DNA of 64,000 nt from an uncultured Gemmatimonadales bacterium (GCA_963842945.1 CAWJIM010000019.1:128001-192000), one strand, 5' to 3'. Shown: positions 42,082 to 52,141, counted from the first letter of the stretch. The notes: a model not told the origin generated them from the letters alone. Translations and numbers: made by a program.

Positions 42082-43489
42082 CGGCCAGCGGCGGCACGGT
42101 GCTGATCGTGGACGACGAGCGGACCCTGGCCCGCGCGGTCAAGGCCTTTCTGGCCGAAGCCGGCTATGAGGCGGAGGTCGCGGGCGATGGGGAACAGGCG
42201 CTGGCACTGGTCCAGACGCTCAGGCCGGACGTGGTGTTCACCGACGTTCGGTTACCCGGTATGAGCGGCATCGACCTGCTCCGTCGGATCCGGGAGTTCG
42301 ATCCCGCCATTCCGGTCATCATCATGACGGCCTATGGGACCATAGAAGGAGCCGTGGAGGCGGTGAAGCTGGGCGCGTTCGACTACATGAAGAAGCCGGT
42401 CGATCTCGAGGAGCTGAAGCTCCTGGCCGACCGGGCCCGGGAGAACGCAATGCTTCGGCAGGAGCTGTCCTACTATCGCCGGCGGGCCGCGAACGAGGTC
42501 CCTCTCACCGGACTGTTGGGACAATCCGCCTCCGTGCTGGCGGTGATGGACCAGGTACGGCAGGTGGCCGAGCTCGATGAGACGCCACCGGTCCTGATTA
42601 CCGGCGAGACCGGCACCGGCAAGGGGTTGGTCGCCCGAACCCTTCACCAGCTCAGTCGCCGGGCCGGTAAGCCCTTCATTGACGTGAACTGCACGGCTCT
42701 TCCGGCCAACCTCATGGAGGCGGAGCTGTTTGGGCACGAACGCGGCGCTTTCACCGATGCCAAGGAATCCAAGCTGGGGCTGTTCGAGGCGGCCGAAGGC
42801 GGATTCATCTTCCTGGATGAGGTGGGAGACCTCGAGCTGGCCTGCAGGGCAAGCTCCTCCGGGCGATCGAGGAGCGAATGGTGCGCCGAGTGGGGGGAAT
42901 TCGGGACCGCCGGATCGACGTGCGCATCCTCGCCGCCACGAACCGGAATCTTGAGCGCCAGGTCCAGCAGAACCTGTTTCGGGGAGACCTCTACTTCCGC
43001 CTGGCGGTCATCCTGCTCCACCTGCCGCCGCTGCGGGAGCGGGGAGAGGACATCGGCCTGCTGGCCGAACATTTCCTGCGCCGGTTCAGCAGCAAGTACG
43101 GCAAGGGAACCCGGCGGATCGACGACCGCGCGCGCCAGGCCTTGATGGCCTACCCCTGGCCAGGGAACGTGCGGGAGCTGAGTCACGTCATCGAACGGGC
43201 GGTGCTCTGGAGCCGGGATCACCTTCTGACCGTGGATGACCTGTCCCTGGCCACTCCGCTCCAGTCCAGCGGCAGTTGGGATGGCCCGAGCGTGGTCCCG
43301 GCGCAGGAAGCCGCCTCCAGCCCTGCCGTCGAGCCGGCCGGCAGCGATCTCACCCAGTGGGAGCGGAGTCTGATTGAACGCGCCATGCGCGAATCCGGGG
43401 GGAACCAGACCAAGGCGGCTCAGCGCCTGGGCATTACCCGGGACACTCTCCGATATCGGCTGAAGAAGTTTGGTCTTCAGGGTGGGTGA
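42078..43489 (+). CDS. Sigma-54-dependent response regulator (NtrC family; one frameshift)
   Basis: Receiver domain, GETGTGKG, ELFGHERGAFTDA, FLDEVG, WPGNVREL, Fis-type HTH GNQTKAAQRLGI. Confidence 0.95.
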
Positions 43490-43498
43490 TATCACCCA
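43483..43498. promoter_or_regulatory. Palindromic site, candidate upstream activator sequence
   Basis: TGGGTGATATCACCCA perfect palindrome ~110 bp upstream of the sigma-54 motif. Confidence 0.55.
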
Positions 43499-43608
43499 AT
43501 CTGACCCTCTGTCCCCCACCCAAAGCCTCTCACTCACGATCCGACTCTCCACCGCCAAGCTTCGCCCTGACAGAGCCTTGGGCTGCACTTCAGGTTTCCT
43601 GGATATGG

Positions 43609-43623
43609 TGGCACAACCAATGC
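43609..43623 (+). promoter_or_regulatory. Sigma-54 (-24/-12) promoter of the pqq operon
   Basis: TGGCACAACCAATGC = GG-N10-GC, directly downstream of an enhancer-binding protein gene. Confidence 0.75.
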
Positions 43624-43660
43624 CTTACCCACAGTGTCGTCGGGTCTCGCGACGGCCCGG

Positions 43661-43678
43661 CTGGGTGAGATCACCCAG
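43661..43678. promoter_or_regulatory. Second TGGGTGA-N2-TCACCCA palindrome
   Basis: CTGGGTGAGATCACCCAG between the promoter and pqqA. Confidence 0.5.
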
Positions 43679-43717
43679 TGTCGATGTCAGCTTACTCACT
43701 ACCCATTGGAGCTAGAG

Positions 43718-43792
43718 ATGACCTGGACCAAGCCTGAAGCGGAAGTCGTAGCCGTCACGATGGAAGTGACTGCATACGTCGCGACGCTCTAA
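43718..43792 (+). CDS. pqqA: PQQ precursor peptide (24 aa)
   Basis: Read by hand: MTWTKPEAEVVAVTMEVTAYVATL with WxKP and ExxxY; GGAG RBS; directly before pqqB. Confidence 0.93.
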   Translation: MTWTKPEAEVVAVTMEVTAYVATL

Positions 43793-43806
43793 TCACAGCG
43801 GTAACT

Positions 43807-43832
43807 GAGGGGCCCGCGTAAGCGGGCCCTTC
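43807..43832 (+). other. Stable hairpin between pqqA and pqqB
   Basis: GAGGGGCCCGC-GTAA-GCGGGCCCTTC, GNRA loop, no long U tract. Confidence 0.7.
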
Positions 43833-43843
43833 GGCTGTCAAAC

Positions 43844-44749
43844 TTGCACGTCGTTCTCCTGGGCACCGCCGCTGGCGGGGGATTTCCGCAGTGGAACTGC
43901 TGGTGTCCCACCTGCTGCTCGGGACGATCCCAGCCCCACCGAGCCATTCCCCGCACTCAGTCATCGGCCGCAGTCAGCGCCGATGGCGAGCGCTGGTTTC
44001 TGCTGAATGCCTCGCCCGACGTCCGCGCTCAGCTGGCCTGCCTGCCCGGACTCCGGCCCACCGGCGTGCGCCACGTCCCGGCGGAAGGAATCGTGATCAC
44101 TGATGCCGAGCTCGATCACACCTTGGGAATGGTGCTCCTTCGCGAGGCGCGGTCACTGCAGCTCTATCTGACCGGAGCGGTGCAGTCGATCCTCGAGGAG
44201 GACTCGAGGCTGCTCCCGGTCACCCGCGCCTTTGCCGAGGTGACGGTTACTCAGCTTACCCCGGGCCAGCGCACCGCTCTCCATTATCGCGATGGTAAGA
44301 CCTGCCGGATCTGGGTGGAGCCCATCGAGGTCCCGGCCGGCCCGCCTCGGTTCGCCCCCAACTCGGCGAAAGGGCACACCACGGGGCTGATCATCGGAGA
44401 CGAAGCCACCGGCGGACGTTGCGCCTTCGTGCCGGGGTGCGGCGAATTGAGCCCGTCGTTGCTGGAGAAGCTGGAGCAGACCGATCTCCTCCTCTTCGAC
44501 GGGACCTTCTGGAGCAACGACGAGCTGATCGAATTGGGCATCAGCGATCGAACCGCGCGAGAGATGGATCACCTCCCGGTGTCCGGACCAGATGGGAGTC
44601 TGGCCCGGCTTTCACCGATAGACGCGCGCAAAGTTTACACCCACATCAACAACAGCAATCCAATGCTCCTGGAGGACTCGCCCGAGCGTTCAGCAGTCGA
44701 GCAGGCGGGGATTCTGGTGGGAGCGGACGGGATGAGCTTTACCCTGTGA
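43844..44749 (+). CDS. pqqB: PQQ biosynthesis protein B
   Basis: LGTAAGGGFPQWNC, RTQSS, LNASPD, FDGTFW, THINNSNP. Confidence 0.96.
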   Translation: MHVVLLGTAAGGGFPQWNCWCPTCCSGRSQPHRAIPRTQSSAAVSADGERWFLLNASPDVRAQLACLPGLRPTGVRHVPAEGIVITDAELDHTLGMVLLREARSLQLYLTGAVQSILEEDSRLLPVTRAFAEVTVTQLTPGQRTALHYRDGKTCRIWVEPIEVPAGPPRFAPNSAKGHTTGLIIGDEATGGRCAFVPGCGELSPSLLEKLEQTDLLLFDGTFWSNDELIELGISDRTAREMDHLPVSGPDGSLARLSPIDARKVYTHINNSNPMLLEDSPERSAVEQAGILVGADGMSFTL

Positions 44750-44751
44750 CC

Positions 44752-45504
44752 ATGACCACTGCCCTCAATGCGTCGGAGCTGGCTGCCCCACCTCCACCGC
44801 CGATTCCTGGACTCAACCGGCCGCTGTCTCCCGACGCGTTGGCCGAGAGTCTTCGCGCATTCAGCACCTCCTACTACGCTCACCATCCGTTCCATCAGCT
44901 GATGCATGAGGGACGGCTCACGCCACGTCAGCTGCAGGGCTGGGTGGCCAACCGGCTGGCGTATCAGCGCGCGATCCCCCGGAAGGATGCGGCGATCATC
45001 TCCAACTGTCCGCTCCCCGAGGTGCGCCGCGCCTGGATGCAGCGCATCGTGGATCACGACGGCACCGAGCCGGGAACCGGTGGCATCGAGATGTGGATTC
45101 GCCTGGGCGAGGCGGTAGGAGTTCCCCGGGTAGAGATGGAGGACGAACGGCACGTCCTGCCGGGAGTCCGGTTCGCGGCCGAAGCGTACGTGACCTTCTG
45201 TAAGACCAGGCCGTGGATCGAAGCAGTGGCTTCCTCGCTGACCGAGCTTTTTGCTCCCGGTCTCATGCGCAGCCGGATCGCGGCGTTTCCCGAGCACTAT
45301 CCCTGGGTGCGCCCGGAAGGATTGGCGTACTTCCGGAGCCGCCTGGTTCAGGCTCCACGGGACAGCCAGCAGGGCCTGACCCTGGTTCAGGAGCACTGCA
45401 CCACGGTTGACACGCAACGGCGCGCGTTCGAAGCGCTGGCGTTCAAGCTCGAGATGCTGTGGGTGATGATCGACACCATCCATCACGCGTATGGAGAGTC
45501 ATAG
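44752..45504 (+). CDS. pqqC: PQQ synthase
   Basis: HHPFH, WVANRLAYQRAIPRKDAAI, RIVDHDG, SSLTELFAP. Confidence 0.96.
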   Translation: MTTALNASELAAPPPPPIPGLNRPLSPDALAESLRAFSTSYYAHHPFHQLMHEGRLTPRQLQGWVANRLAYQRAIPRKDAAIISNCPLPEVRRAWMQRIVDHDGTEPGTGGIEMWIRLGEAVGVPRVEMEDERHVLPGVRFAAEAYVTFCKTRPWIEAVASSLTELFAPGLMRSRIAAFPEHYPWVRPEGLAYFRSRLVQAPRDSQQGLTLVQEHCTTVDTQRRAFEALAFKLEMLWVMIDTIHHAYGES

Positions 45505-45790
45505 CGTGGCGCCGGATTCCAGGCTCCTCACGCCCGAGTCCAGGCCGAAACTCTGGCGGCTCGCCCGCCTGGATTTCGATCCGGTACGGCAGCGGCCCGT
45601 CCTGCTGTATCCCGAGGGCGCCGTGCTCCTCAACGACACCGGTGCCGCCATCCTGGAGCTCTGCAACGGCGCCCGTAGCGTGGCGGACATCGTGACCGTC
45701 CTCAACGAGCGTTACCATGCCGATGTGGAAGCTGACGTGACTGAATACCTCGACCAGATGGCCCAGCGGGAGCTGATCCGTGCCGGCTGA
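45491..45790 (+). CDS. pqqD: PQQ peptide chaperone
   Basis: VLLYPEGAVLLNDTGAAILELCNG. Confidence 0.95.
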   Translation: MESHSVAPDSRLLTPESRPKLWRLARLDFDPVRQRPVLLYPEGAVLLNDTGAAILELCNGARSVADIVTVLNERYHADVEADVTEYLDQMAQRELIRAG

Positions 45791-46868
45791 CCGCCCGACC
45801 ACCCTGCTGGCAGAGCTGACCCACCGCTGTCCGCTGCACTGCCCCTACTGCTCCAACCCCATCGAGCTGATGCGAGCCGAGGCGGAGCTGACCACGGACG
45901 AGTGGAAGCGGGTCTTCAGCGAGGCTCGTTCACTGGGCGTGCTACAACTGGGTCTATCCGGAGGCGAGCCTCTGCTGCGGAAGGACCTCGAGGACATGGC
46001 CGCGCACGCCAGATCGGTGGGACTCTACTCGACCCTGGTTACCTCGGGGCTGGGTCTCACGCGCGCCCGGGCGGAACGGCTCAAAGAGATTGGCCTGGAG
46101 CACATTCAGATCTCGATCCAGGACTCTGACCCCGAGGTGGCCGAGCGGATTGCGGGAGTCCGATCGGTGCGGCACAAGCAGGCTGCCGCCCAGCTGGTAC
46201 GCGAGTTGGGATTTGCCTTCACCGTGAACGTGGTGCTGCACCGGGCCAATCTGGACCGGATCGAACAGATCATCGACCTGGCCGCCAATCTCGGCGCCGA
46301 CCGCGTCGAGCTGGCCAATACCCAGTATTACGGATGGGGGCTCCGGAACCGGTCGGTGCTGCAACCGACTCGCGAGCAGGTCGAGCGCTCACGTGAGGTC
46401 GCCGAGCGCGCCATCCAGCGTTACCGGGGCCGGATGCAGATCACTTATGTCCTGCCGGACTATTACGAGGCGTTTCCCAAGGCCTGCTATGGCGGGTGGG
46501 GCAAGCTGTATCTGGTGGTCGCACCCAATGGAGACGTCTTGCCCTGCCATGGCGCCACCCAGATCACGGGCCTCAGCTTCGACAACATCCGCGACCATTC
46601 ACTCGATTGGATCTGGCGGGAGTCGGAGGCGTTCGCGCTGTTTCGGGGTGATAGCTGGATGAAGGAGCCCTGCCGGAGCTGTCCTCGGAAGACCGTGGAC
46701 TTCGGCGGCTGTCGGTGTCAGGCGTTTGCCCTTACGGGCGACGCTGCAAATACCGATCCGGTGTGTACCCTGACGCCCTTGCGCCAGATCGTCGACCAGG
46801 CGCTGGAGGAACCCGCCCTGCCGGACTATCAGTATCGCTACCCCTCCGAAGCTCCCTTGCCGGTCTGA
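45780..46868 (+). CDS. pqqE: PQQ radical SAM enzyme
   Basis: LLAELTHRCPLHCPYCSNP, ELANTQYYGW, PKACYGGWG, DFGGCRCQA (SPASM). Confidence 0.97.
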   Translation: MPADRPTTLLAELTHRCPLHCPYCSNPIELMRAEAELTTDEWKRVFSEARSLGVLQLGLSGGEPLLRKDLEDMAAHARSVGLYSTLVTSGLGLTRARAERLKEIGLEHIQISIQDSDPEVAERIAGVRSVRHKQAAAQLVRELGFAFTVNVVLHRANLDRIEQIIDLAANLGADRVELANTQYYGWGLRNRSVLQPTREQVERSREVAERAIQRYRGRMQITYVLPDYYEAFPKACYGGWGKLYLVVAPNGDVLPCHGATQITGLSFDNIRDHSLDWIWRESEAFALFRGDSWMKEPCRSCPRKTVDFGGCRCQAFALTGDAANTDPVCTLTPLRQIVDQALEEPALPDYQYRYPSEAPLPV

Positions 46869-47689
46869 CGAACAGCTCCACCTCCGGTACATCGGTTGAC
46901 CGGTACTCGAAGGTCGCGGCGCAGGCTGATCCGTTGCTCGGCCCGGGCCCGTACCGCCTGCGGTACAGCCCGGCTGGCCGGCACGCTGGTCTCCACCACG
47001 ATAGTCCGGTCCCGCCTCAGTAAACCCAGCCCAGGATGCCAGACAAAGGTCCCCCGTTCTCGGCTGATCTGCTCCAGAGTCAGCGGTATGGTGTCGTACT
47101 GGACCGGAACGCTTCTGGTCTTCCGCGTGGCCTCGAGCGCATACCGGTATAGCGGCAGTCCGGACAACGCACTGTCCGATAGCCGCTGAATCCGAAGCCC
47201 TGACGTGTCGGTCCAGACCTCGCCCGGGTGAAGCGGACCTGGGGGGAGCTCCGGGAAGAAATCGTCCAGGGCCTTTGCCATGTCCGACACCTCCGCCACC
47301 TCTCCCGGAACGAAAGGCTGGACTCGGGTCAGGTACTTGCCCCCCGGGCGGAGCACTCCCCGGTAGCGGCCACCGATGAGACCGTCGGTATCGGGACGAA
47401 TCGTGGTCTCCGGAGACCGGCGGAGCAGGACCAGGGTGTCCAGCCAGCCGGTCAGCGCCACGCCGTTGTTCGCCGGCTCCGCCCTGAACTGCCACACGCC
47501 TCTTCGCTCGACAGTCTGCTCCCGGCTCTGGCGTCCGGTCTGGGTGACAATGGTGGTTTGGGAGGTTTCCAGAAATTGCGCGCACTGCAACTGCGGCACA
47601 GCGTAGCCGAGTGTCGGGTCCGTTTGGGCGCCAAGGAAGCCCGGACCTGCCAACGCCGCTAGCAGCAGCGCTGCGGAGCGGCATCCCAC
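46838..47689 (-). CDS. Hypothetical exported protein
   Basis: 283-aa ORF with signal-like N-terminus following pruA; no recognised motif. Confidence 0.65.
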   Translation of the reverse strand: MGCRSAALLLAALAGPGFLGAQTDPTLGYAVPQLQCAQFLETSQTTIVTQTGRQSREQTVERRGVWQFRAEPANNGVALTGWLDTLVLLRRSPETTIRPDTDGLIGGRYRGVLRPGGKYLTRVQPFVPGEVAEVSDMAKALDDFFPELPPGPLHPGEVWTDTSGLRIQRLSDSALSGLPLYRYALEATRKTRSVPVQYDTIPLTLEQISRERGTFVWHPGLGLLRRDRTIVVETSVPASRAVPQAVRARAEQRISLRRDLRVPVNRCTGGGAVRQTGKGASEG

Positions 47690-47695
47690 CAGGTT

Positions 47696-49324
47696 CTACT
47701 CCGCCTCCATGAACGGGTAGCGATACTCCTTCGGTGGGCTGAGCGTCTCCTTGATGCTCCGGGGCGATACCCAGCGAAGCAGATTCAGGATCGATCCTGC
47801 CTTGTCGTTGGTCCCGCTGGCACGGCTCCCACCGAACGGCTGCTGGCCGACCACGGCTCCCGTCGGCTTGTCGTTGATGTAGTAGTTACCGGCAGAGTGT
47901 CGCAGTGCTCGATCGGCCTCGGCAATGGCCCTCCGGTCCCGCGCAAACACCGCCCCGGTAAGAGCGTAAGGACTGGTTTGATCCACCAGCTTCAGCGTCT
48001 CCTGCCACTTGCCGGCGGGATACACGTGCACCGTCAACACTGGACCGAAGATCTCCTCGCACATCAAGCGGTAGGCTGGATTCTCCGCCTGGATCAGAGT
48101 GGGCTGCACAAAGTAGCCCACCGAGTCGTCAGTCCCGCCGCCGGCCAGCACCTTGACTCCCGGATCTCGCTTCGCGGCCTCGAGATGATCCTTCAGCCGG
48201 GTGAACGCCCGCCGGTCGATGACTGCGCCCATGAAGTTTCTGAAATCAGCCACATCGCCCACCCGGATGTCCTCGATCAGGGGAACGACGCGATCTCGAA
48301 CCTCCGGCCAGATAGTGTCCGGGATGTAGGCCCGGGATGCCGCACTGCACTTCTGGCCCTGGTATTCGTACGCCCCACGCACGATGCCAACAGCGAGAGC
48401 ATCCAGGTCCGCACTGGTATGAGCCAGGATGAAGTCCTTGCCTCCGGTCTCCCCCACGATCCGGGGATATCCGGCGTAGCGATCGAGATTGTCGGCTACC
48501 GATCTCCACAGAGTCTGAAACACTGCGGTCGAACCGGTGAAATGGATGCCGGCCAGCCGGCGATCGGACAGCAGAAGATTGCTCACTTCGATCGAATCGC
48601 CGGGGAGAAAGTTGATCACGCCGGGCGGTAAGCCCGCTTCCACCAGGAGCCGGTAGAAGTACCAATTGCTCAACATCGCGGTGGCCGACGGCTTCCAGAC
48701 CACCGCGTTTCCCATCAGGGCAGGCGCGGTCGGCAGGTTCCCGCCAATAGCCGTGAAGTTGAACGGCGTGATGGCGTACACGAACCCCTCCAGCGGCCGG
48801 TGGTCGAGACGGTTCCAGACACCCGGCGCCGAATCTGGCTGCTCGGCGTAGATGCGCTCGGCGTAGTGTACGTTGAAGCGGAGGAAATCGATCAGCTCGC
48901 AGGCGCTGTCAATCTCGGCCTGGTATGCGGTCTTGCTCTGGCCCAGCATGGTTGCCGCGTTCAGGAGCTGCCGATGGGTGCCGGCCAGCATCTCAGCGGC
49001 CCGGAGGAAGACGGCGGCGCGGTCTTCGAACCGCCAGTGGCCCCAGTCCTGTTGGGCCTGTACCGCGGACTCGACCGCGCTCTCGATGGTGCCCCGATCG
49101 GCCTGATGGGCCTTGGCCAGCACCCGCCCGTGACAATGAGGCGAAACCACGTCATGGGTGTTGCCGGTTCGAATCTCCCGCCCGTTTACTACCGCGGGGA
49201 TATCGGCCTGCCGTGCACCTACCGATCCCAGCGCCGCCTTGAGGACGGTACGCTCGGGCGAACCCGGTGCATAGTTGAGCACGGGCTCATTGCGGGGATG
49301 GGGAATATTCGAGGTACCGCTCAT
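47696..49324 (-). CDS. pruA: 1-pyrroline-5-carboxylate (L-glutamate gamma-semialdehyde) dehydrogenase
   Basis: NEPVLNYAPGSPER, QAEIDSACEL, PFNFTAI, GETGGKDF, EYQGQKCSA, SGTNDKAGS. Confidence 0.96.
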   Translation of the reverse strand: MSGTSNIPHPRNEPVLNYAPGSPERTVLKAALGSVGARQADIPAVVNGREIRTGNTHDVVSPHCHGRVLAKAHQADRGTIESAVESAVQAQQDWGHWRFEDRAAVFLRAAEMLAGTHRQLLNAATMLGQSKTAYQAEIDSACELIDFLRFNVHYAERIYAEQPDSAPGVWNRLDHRPLEGFVYAITPFNFTAIGGNLPTAPALMGNAVVWKPSATAMLSNWYFYRLLVEAGLPPGVINFLPGDSIEVSNLLLSDRRLAGIHFTGSTAVFQTLWRSVADNLDRYAGYPRIVGETGGKDFILAHTSADLDALAVGIVRGAYEYQGQKCSAASRAYIPDTIWPEVRDRVVPLIEDIRVGDVADFRNFMGAVIDRRAFTRLKDHLEAAKRDPGVKVLAGGGTDDSVGYFVQPTLIQAENPAYRLMCEEIFGPVLTVHVYPAGKWQETLKLVDQTSPYALTGAVFARDRRAIAEADRALRHSAGNYYINDKPTGAVVGQQPFGGSRASGTNDKAGSILNLLRWVSPRSIKETLSPPKEYRYPFMEAE

Positions 49325-49359
49325 CACTGCACCAGAAGCCAGAGGTCTGGTGAAGATAA

Positions 49360-50292
49360 TCAGAAGAGTCCGGCGGGCGGCTTTCCGGGGCCGGCCACGA
49401 GAGGCTGCTCCAGCAGAGTAAATCCGTTCTGCTTGATGATGGCTTTTCCCTCGGGCGAAAGCACGAAGCGGACGAAGGCTTCGGCAGTGTGAGGGTGAGA
49501 CGCCTTGATGGGAATGGTCAGGGCATACACGATCGGTTCACCCCGGAACTCGACCGAGTCCGGTCCGGCCCGATGCTCAGCCGGTAACCGGACAGATGCC
49601 TGAGCATACTGCTCGGCCAGCTTGGGGCTACTCAGGTCTATTTCGTCGGGCAGGTCGACGTAGTGGAGACCCGCGGTGCGAGCAATGGATGCGTAGGACC
49701 AGGAGTAGTCCAGCTCGCCGGCCTGAACCAGTGCGGTGAGATCGGCTTCCTTGGGCCGCATATACCGTGGGGGAAACGCCCGTTCCAGCTTGCCGGCCAA
49801 ACCTGGCTGGTGATAGAACTTCTCGGCCAACTGAAATACCATGAGGGCCCGGTAACCGTTGGGATCGAGCGATGGATCCGAGCGGCCGGCCCGTATGCCT
49901 GGCCGAAGGAGCACCTGCCACCAGTTTTGCGGGTTGATTTCCTTGGCCCCGATGGACTGGTCGCTGTAGATCAAGACCATCGAGTTGCGGGCAAAGGTGG
50001 CATACCAGCTGGCATGCTGGGGAATCAGTAGTTTGGCAATGACGCCATAATCGGCGACGCCTATCACGTCAGGAATCTTGCCCAGATCGGTCAGCTTTCG
50101 GGCTGCCTCCAGGCTTCCCGAATTCTCCTGGGCCGGAACGACGTTTGGATGGGTGGCTTTGAACGCTTTGAGCAACTCGCTGAACGGCTTGGCCAGGCTG
50201 CCGGCATTGAATACCACCAGCGGTCCGGCCACGGTGTCCTGAGCCGCAAGATTATGAGGCGCAGCCAGCAGAAGCGCGATGAGCCATTTCAT
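49360..50292 (-). CDS. Tungstate/molybdate ABC substrate-binding protein (WtpA-like)
   Basis: NAGSL, ENSGSL, DVIGVADY, RSDPSLDPNGYR, PIVYALTIP. Confidence 0.85.
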   Translation of the reverse strand: MKWLIALLLAAPHNLAAQDTVAGPLVVFNAGSLAKPFSELLKAFKATHPNVVPAQENSGSLEAARKLTDLGKIPDVIGVADYGVIAKLLIPQHASWYATFARNSMVLIYSDQSIGAKEINPQNWWQVLLRPGIRAGRSDPSLDPNGYRALMVFQLAEKFYHQPGLAGKLERAFPPRYMRPKEADLTALVQAGELDYSWSYASIARTAGLHYVDLPDEIDLSSPKLAEQYAQASVRLPAEHRAGPDSVEFRGEPIVYALTIPIKASHPHTAEAFVRFVLSPEGKAIIKQNGFTLLEQPLVAGPGKPPAGLF

Positions 50293-50334
50293 TTACTGTA
50301 CCGCCCTGATGTGTTCGCCTGGAAGGATGCCTTG

Positions 50335-51141
50335 TTAAAAGCTAAGCTCCCACGCTACCGCGGCGCTGCCCGGACCCAGCAGAAACTGCGGTGGGCGAAC
50401 ATTGAAAATGCGCCAGTGGCCATTGACCAGCTTGGCGGAGGTAATCCCCAGCACTGCGCCCGCCGCCACATCCGACAGCCAATGCCGGTTGTCGTTTATC
50501 CGGGACCAGGCCACTCCCGTTGCCAGAGTGTAGAGGCCAACACTGGCCCAGGTGCGGTGGATGTCGTCGGAGAGGGCGGTCGCCAGGGCGAATGCCATGG
50601 TGGTATGGCCGGACGGCATCGCCTCCCGCCCGGAGAACGGGACGTAGGTATCGGCATCGAGGCTTTGGTTCGGTCTGGGCCGTCCGAAGGCCAGCTTGGC
50701 CAAGTTGGAAGTGGTCCCGGCCACGAACAGGGTCGCAACGAGCCTGCCGCCGGCCCGCGTGATCTCGTGATTCCCGCTGATGAGGCCGGCCCCGAGCAGC
50801 CCGAGCGTAATTGTCCCGTACACTTCAGGCTGTCCGATGTGGCGTACCCCGGAGGCGAGATCGTCAGCGGAGCCGGTGCGATGCTCCTGACTCAAGCGCT
50901 GAGTTGAATTGTCCAACAGCATGAGACCGGAGAGTCCGCCGAGGACAATTGCCCCGTGCCACCAGTGTATGACGGTGGGCTCATCGCTGGCCGGAGGCAC
51001 CGCTGCCGTCTGCGCCCCAACTGCCAGTGGCTGCGCCACGAGCAGTGTCGATACCACTATAGGGCGCCACGCCCATGGCAGCGGGAGTTTACTTTGAAGC
51101 GTCGCCGTTGGTCCCTCAGCTGGAGGAGTTGGGATGCGCAT
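50335..51141 (-). CDS. PAP2-family phosphatase (start uncertain)
   Basis: KLAFGRPRP, PSGH, SRINDNRHWLSDV. Confidence 0.88.
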   Translation of the reverse strand: MRIPTPPAEGPTATLQSKLPLPWAWRPIVVSTLLVAQPLAVGAQTAAVPPASDEPTVIHWWHGAIVLGGLSGLMLLDNSTQRLSQEHRTGSADDLASGVRHIGQPEVYGTITLGLLGAGLISGNHEITRAGGRLVATLFVAGTTSNLAKLAFGRPRPNQSLDADTYVPFSGREAMPSGHTTMAFALATALSDDIHRTWASVGLYTLATGVAWSRINDNRHWLSDVAAGAVLGITSAKLVNGHWRIFNVRPPQFLLGPGSAAVAWELSF

Positions 51142-51535
51142 TTCCCTTGGTGCCTTGCTGGTAGCTGCGAGTCTGTTGGCCTGCCGGGACTACAATCTGG
51201 GTGACCGGCTGGTCAATCAGGACGGCCTGGTGCCCGCTGATCAGTATGCCCGCTACGGGCGGGAGCAGGCGCAGGAGATCGCCATCGCTCGAGAGTTTGG
51301 GCAGGCCCATCGAGGCTCTTCGTCAGCCGACTTGGCCCAGCAGGCCGAGGCTGCCGAGAAGTATGCCCGAAGCCTTCCAGACGTCGCCAATGTGAAAGCC
51401 GATCCTCAGGGCCTCTTGCTGACGGTCCAATTCAAGAGCGGCTGGCGGACGATGATTGCTCCTCTGAACGACGGGAAGCGTGGCGCGGAAACGGCGGGAC
51501 TTCCGGCCAAAACCAGCGCGGGGACTTCGCACTAG
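51134..51535 (+). CDS. Hypothetical lipoprotein
   Basis: GGAGGAG RBS; MRISLGALLVAASLLAC lipobox. Confidence 0.75.
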   Translation: MRISLGALLVAASLLACRDYNLGDRLVNQDGLVPADQYARYGREQAQEIAIAREFGQAHRGSSSADLAQQAEAAEKYARSLPDVANVKADPQGLLLTVQFKSGWRTMIAPLNDGKRGAETAGLPAKTSAGTSH

Positions 51536-51579
51536 GACTCCGCAATATAACTATCGGTCTTCACCAGAGAATTTTTGAG

Positions 51580-51912
51580 GTGACCGAGTGCTGTCAGGTT
51601 ACGACAACCTGGCCGGATCAGACCGGAGCGGATCACGCCGCCGGCAGTTTGGTGGCCGAACGCCTGGCCGCCTGTGCCCAGGTGCAGGGCCCCTTGGTCA
51701 GTACGTTTTTATGGAAGGGTTCGATTGAGCGGGGCCAGGAGTGGTATTGCCACTTCAAGACGACCATGGATCGACTGCCGGCGCTGCAGCACAGAATCCA
51801 GGAGCTGCATCCCTATGAGGTGCCCGAGATCATCGCGCTGCCGATCCTCGGTGGCAGCCCGGCTTATCTGGAATGGATCCGCAGAGAGGTGAATGCTGAG
51901 CCGAAAGGCTGA
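51580..51912 (+). CDS. cutA: Divalent-cation tolerance protein
   Basis: ERLAAC, WKG, HPYEVPEIIALP, YLEW. Confidence 0.93.
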   Translation: MTECCQVTTTWPDQTGADHAAGSLVAERLAACAQVQGPLVSTFLWKGSIERGQEWYCHFKTTMDRLPALQHRIQELHPYEVPEIIALPILGGSPAYLEWIRREVNAEPKG

Positions 51913-51916
51913 GTCT

Positions 51917-52141
51917 TCATGAGGTCCTCAGGCGTACCCGCACGGACTGGATCAGGCTTGGCGGAGCGGCACAGTTCGTCCTTTGTCGGGCCAGAATACG
52001 AAGCAAGGCACGGCCGCAGCCAAAGGCTGGATAGCACCCGGCGCAGCCGTCCAGGTGGTCCCGCACCTCTTCCTCCTCTTTCGGCCCAAGCTCCTGGTCC
52101 AGATATTCCCAGAGGCGGATCAGAACCTCTTCACATTCCAT
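51917..52141 (-). CDS. Orphan zf-HC2 anti-sigma factor-like protein
   Basis: MECEEV...LWEYLDQEL...HLDGCAGC, APPSL; no adjacent sigma gene. Confidence 0.85.
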   Translation of the reverse strand: MECEEVLIRLWEYLDQELGPKEEEEVRDHLDGCAGCYPAFGCGRALLRILARQRTNCAAPPSLIQSVRVRLRTS

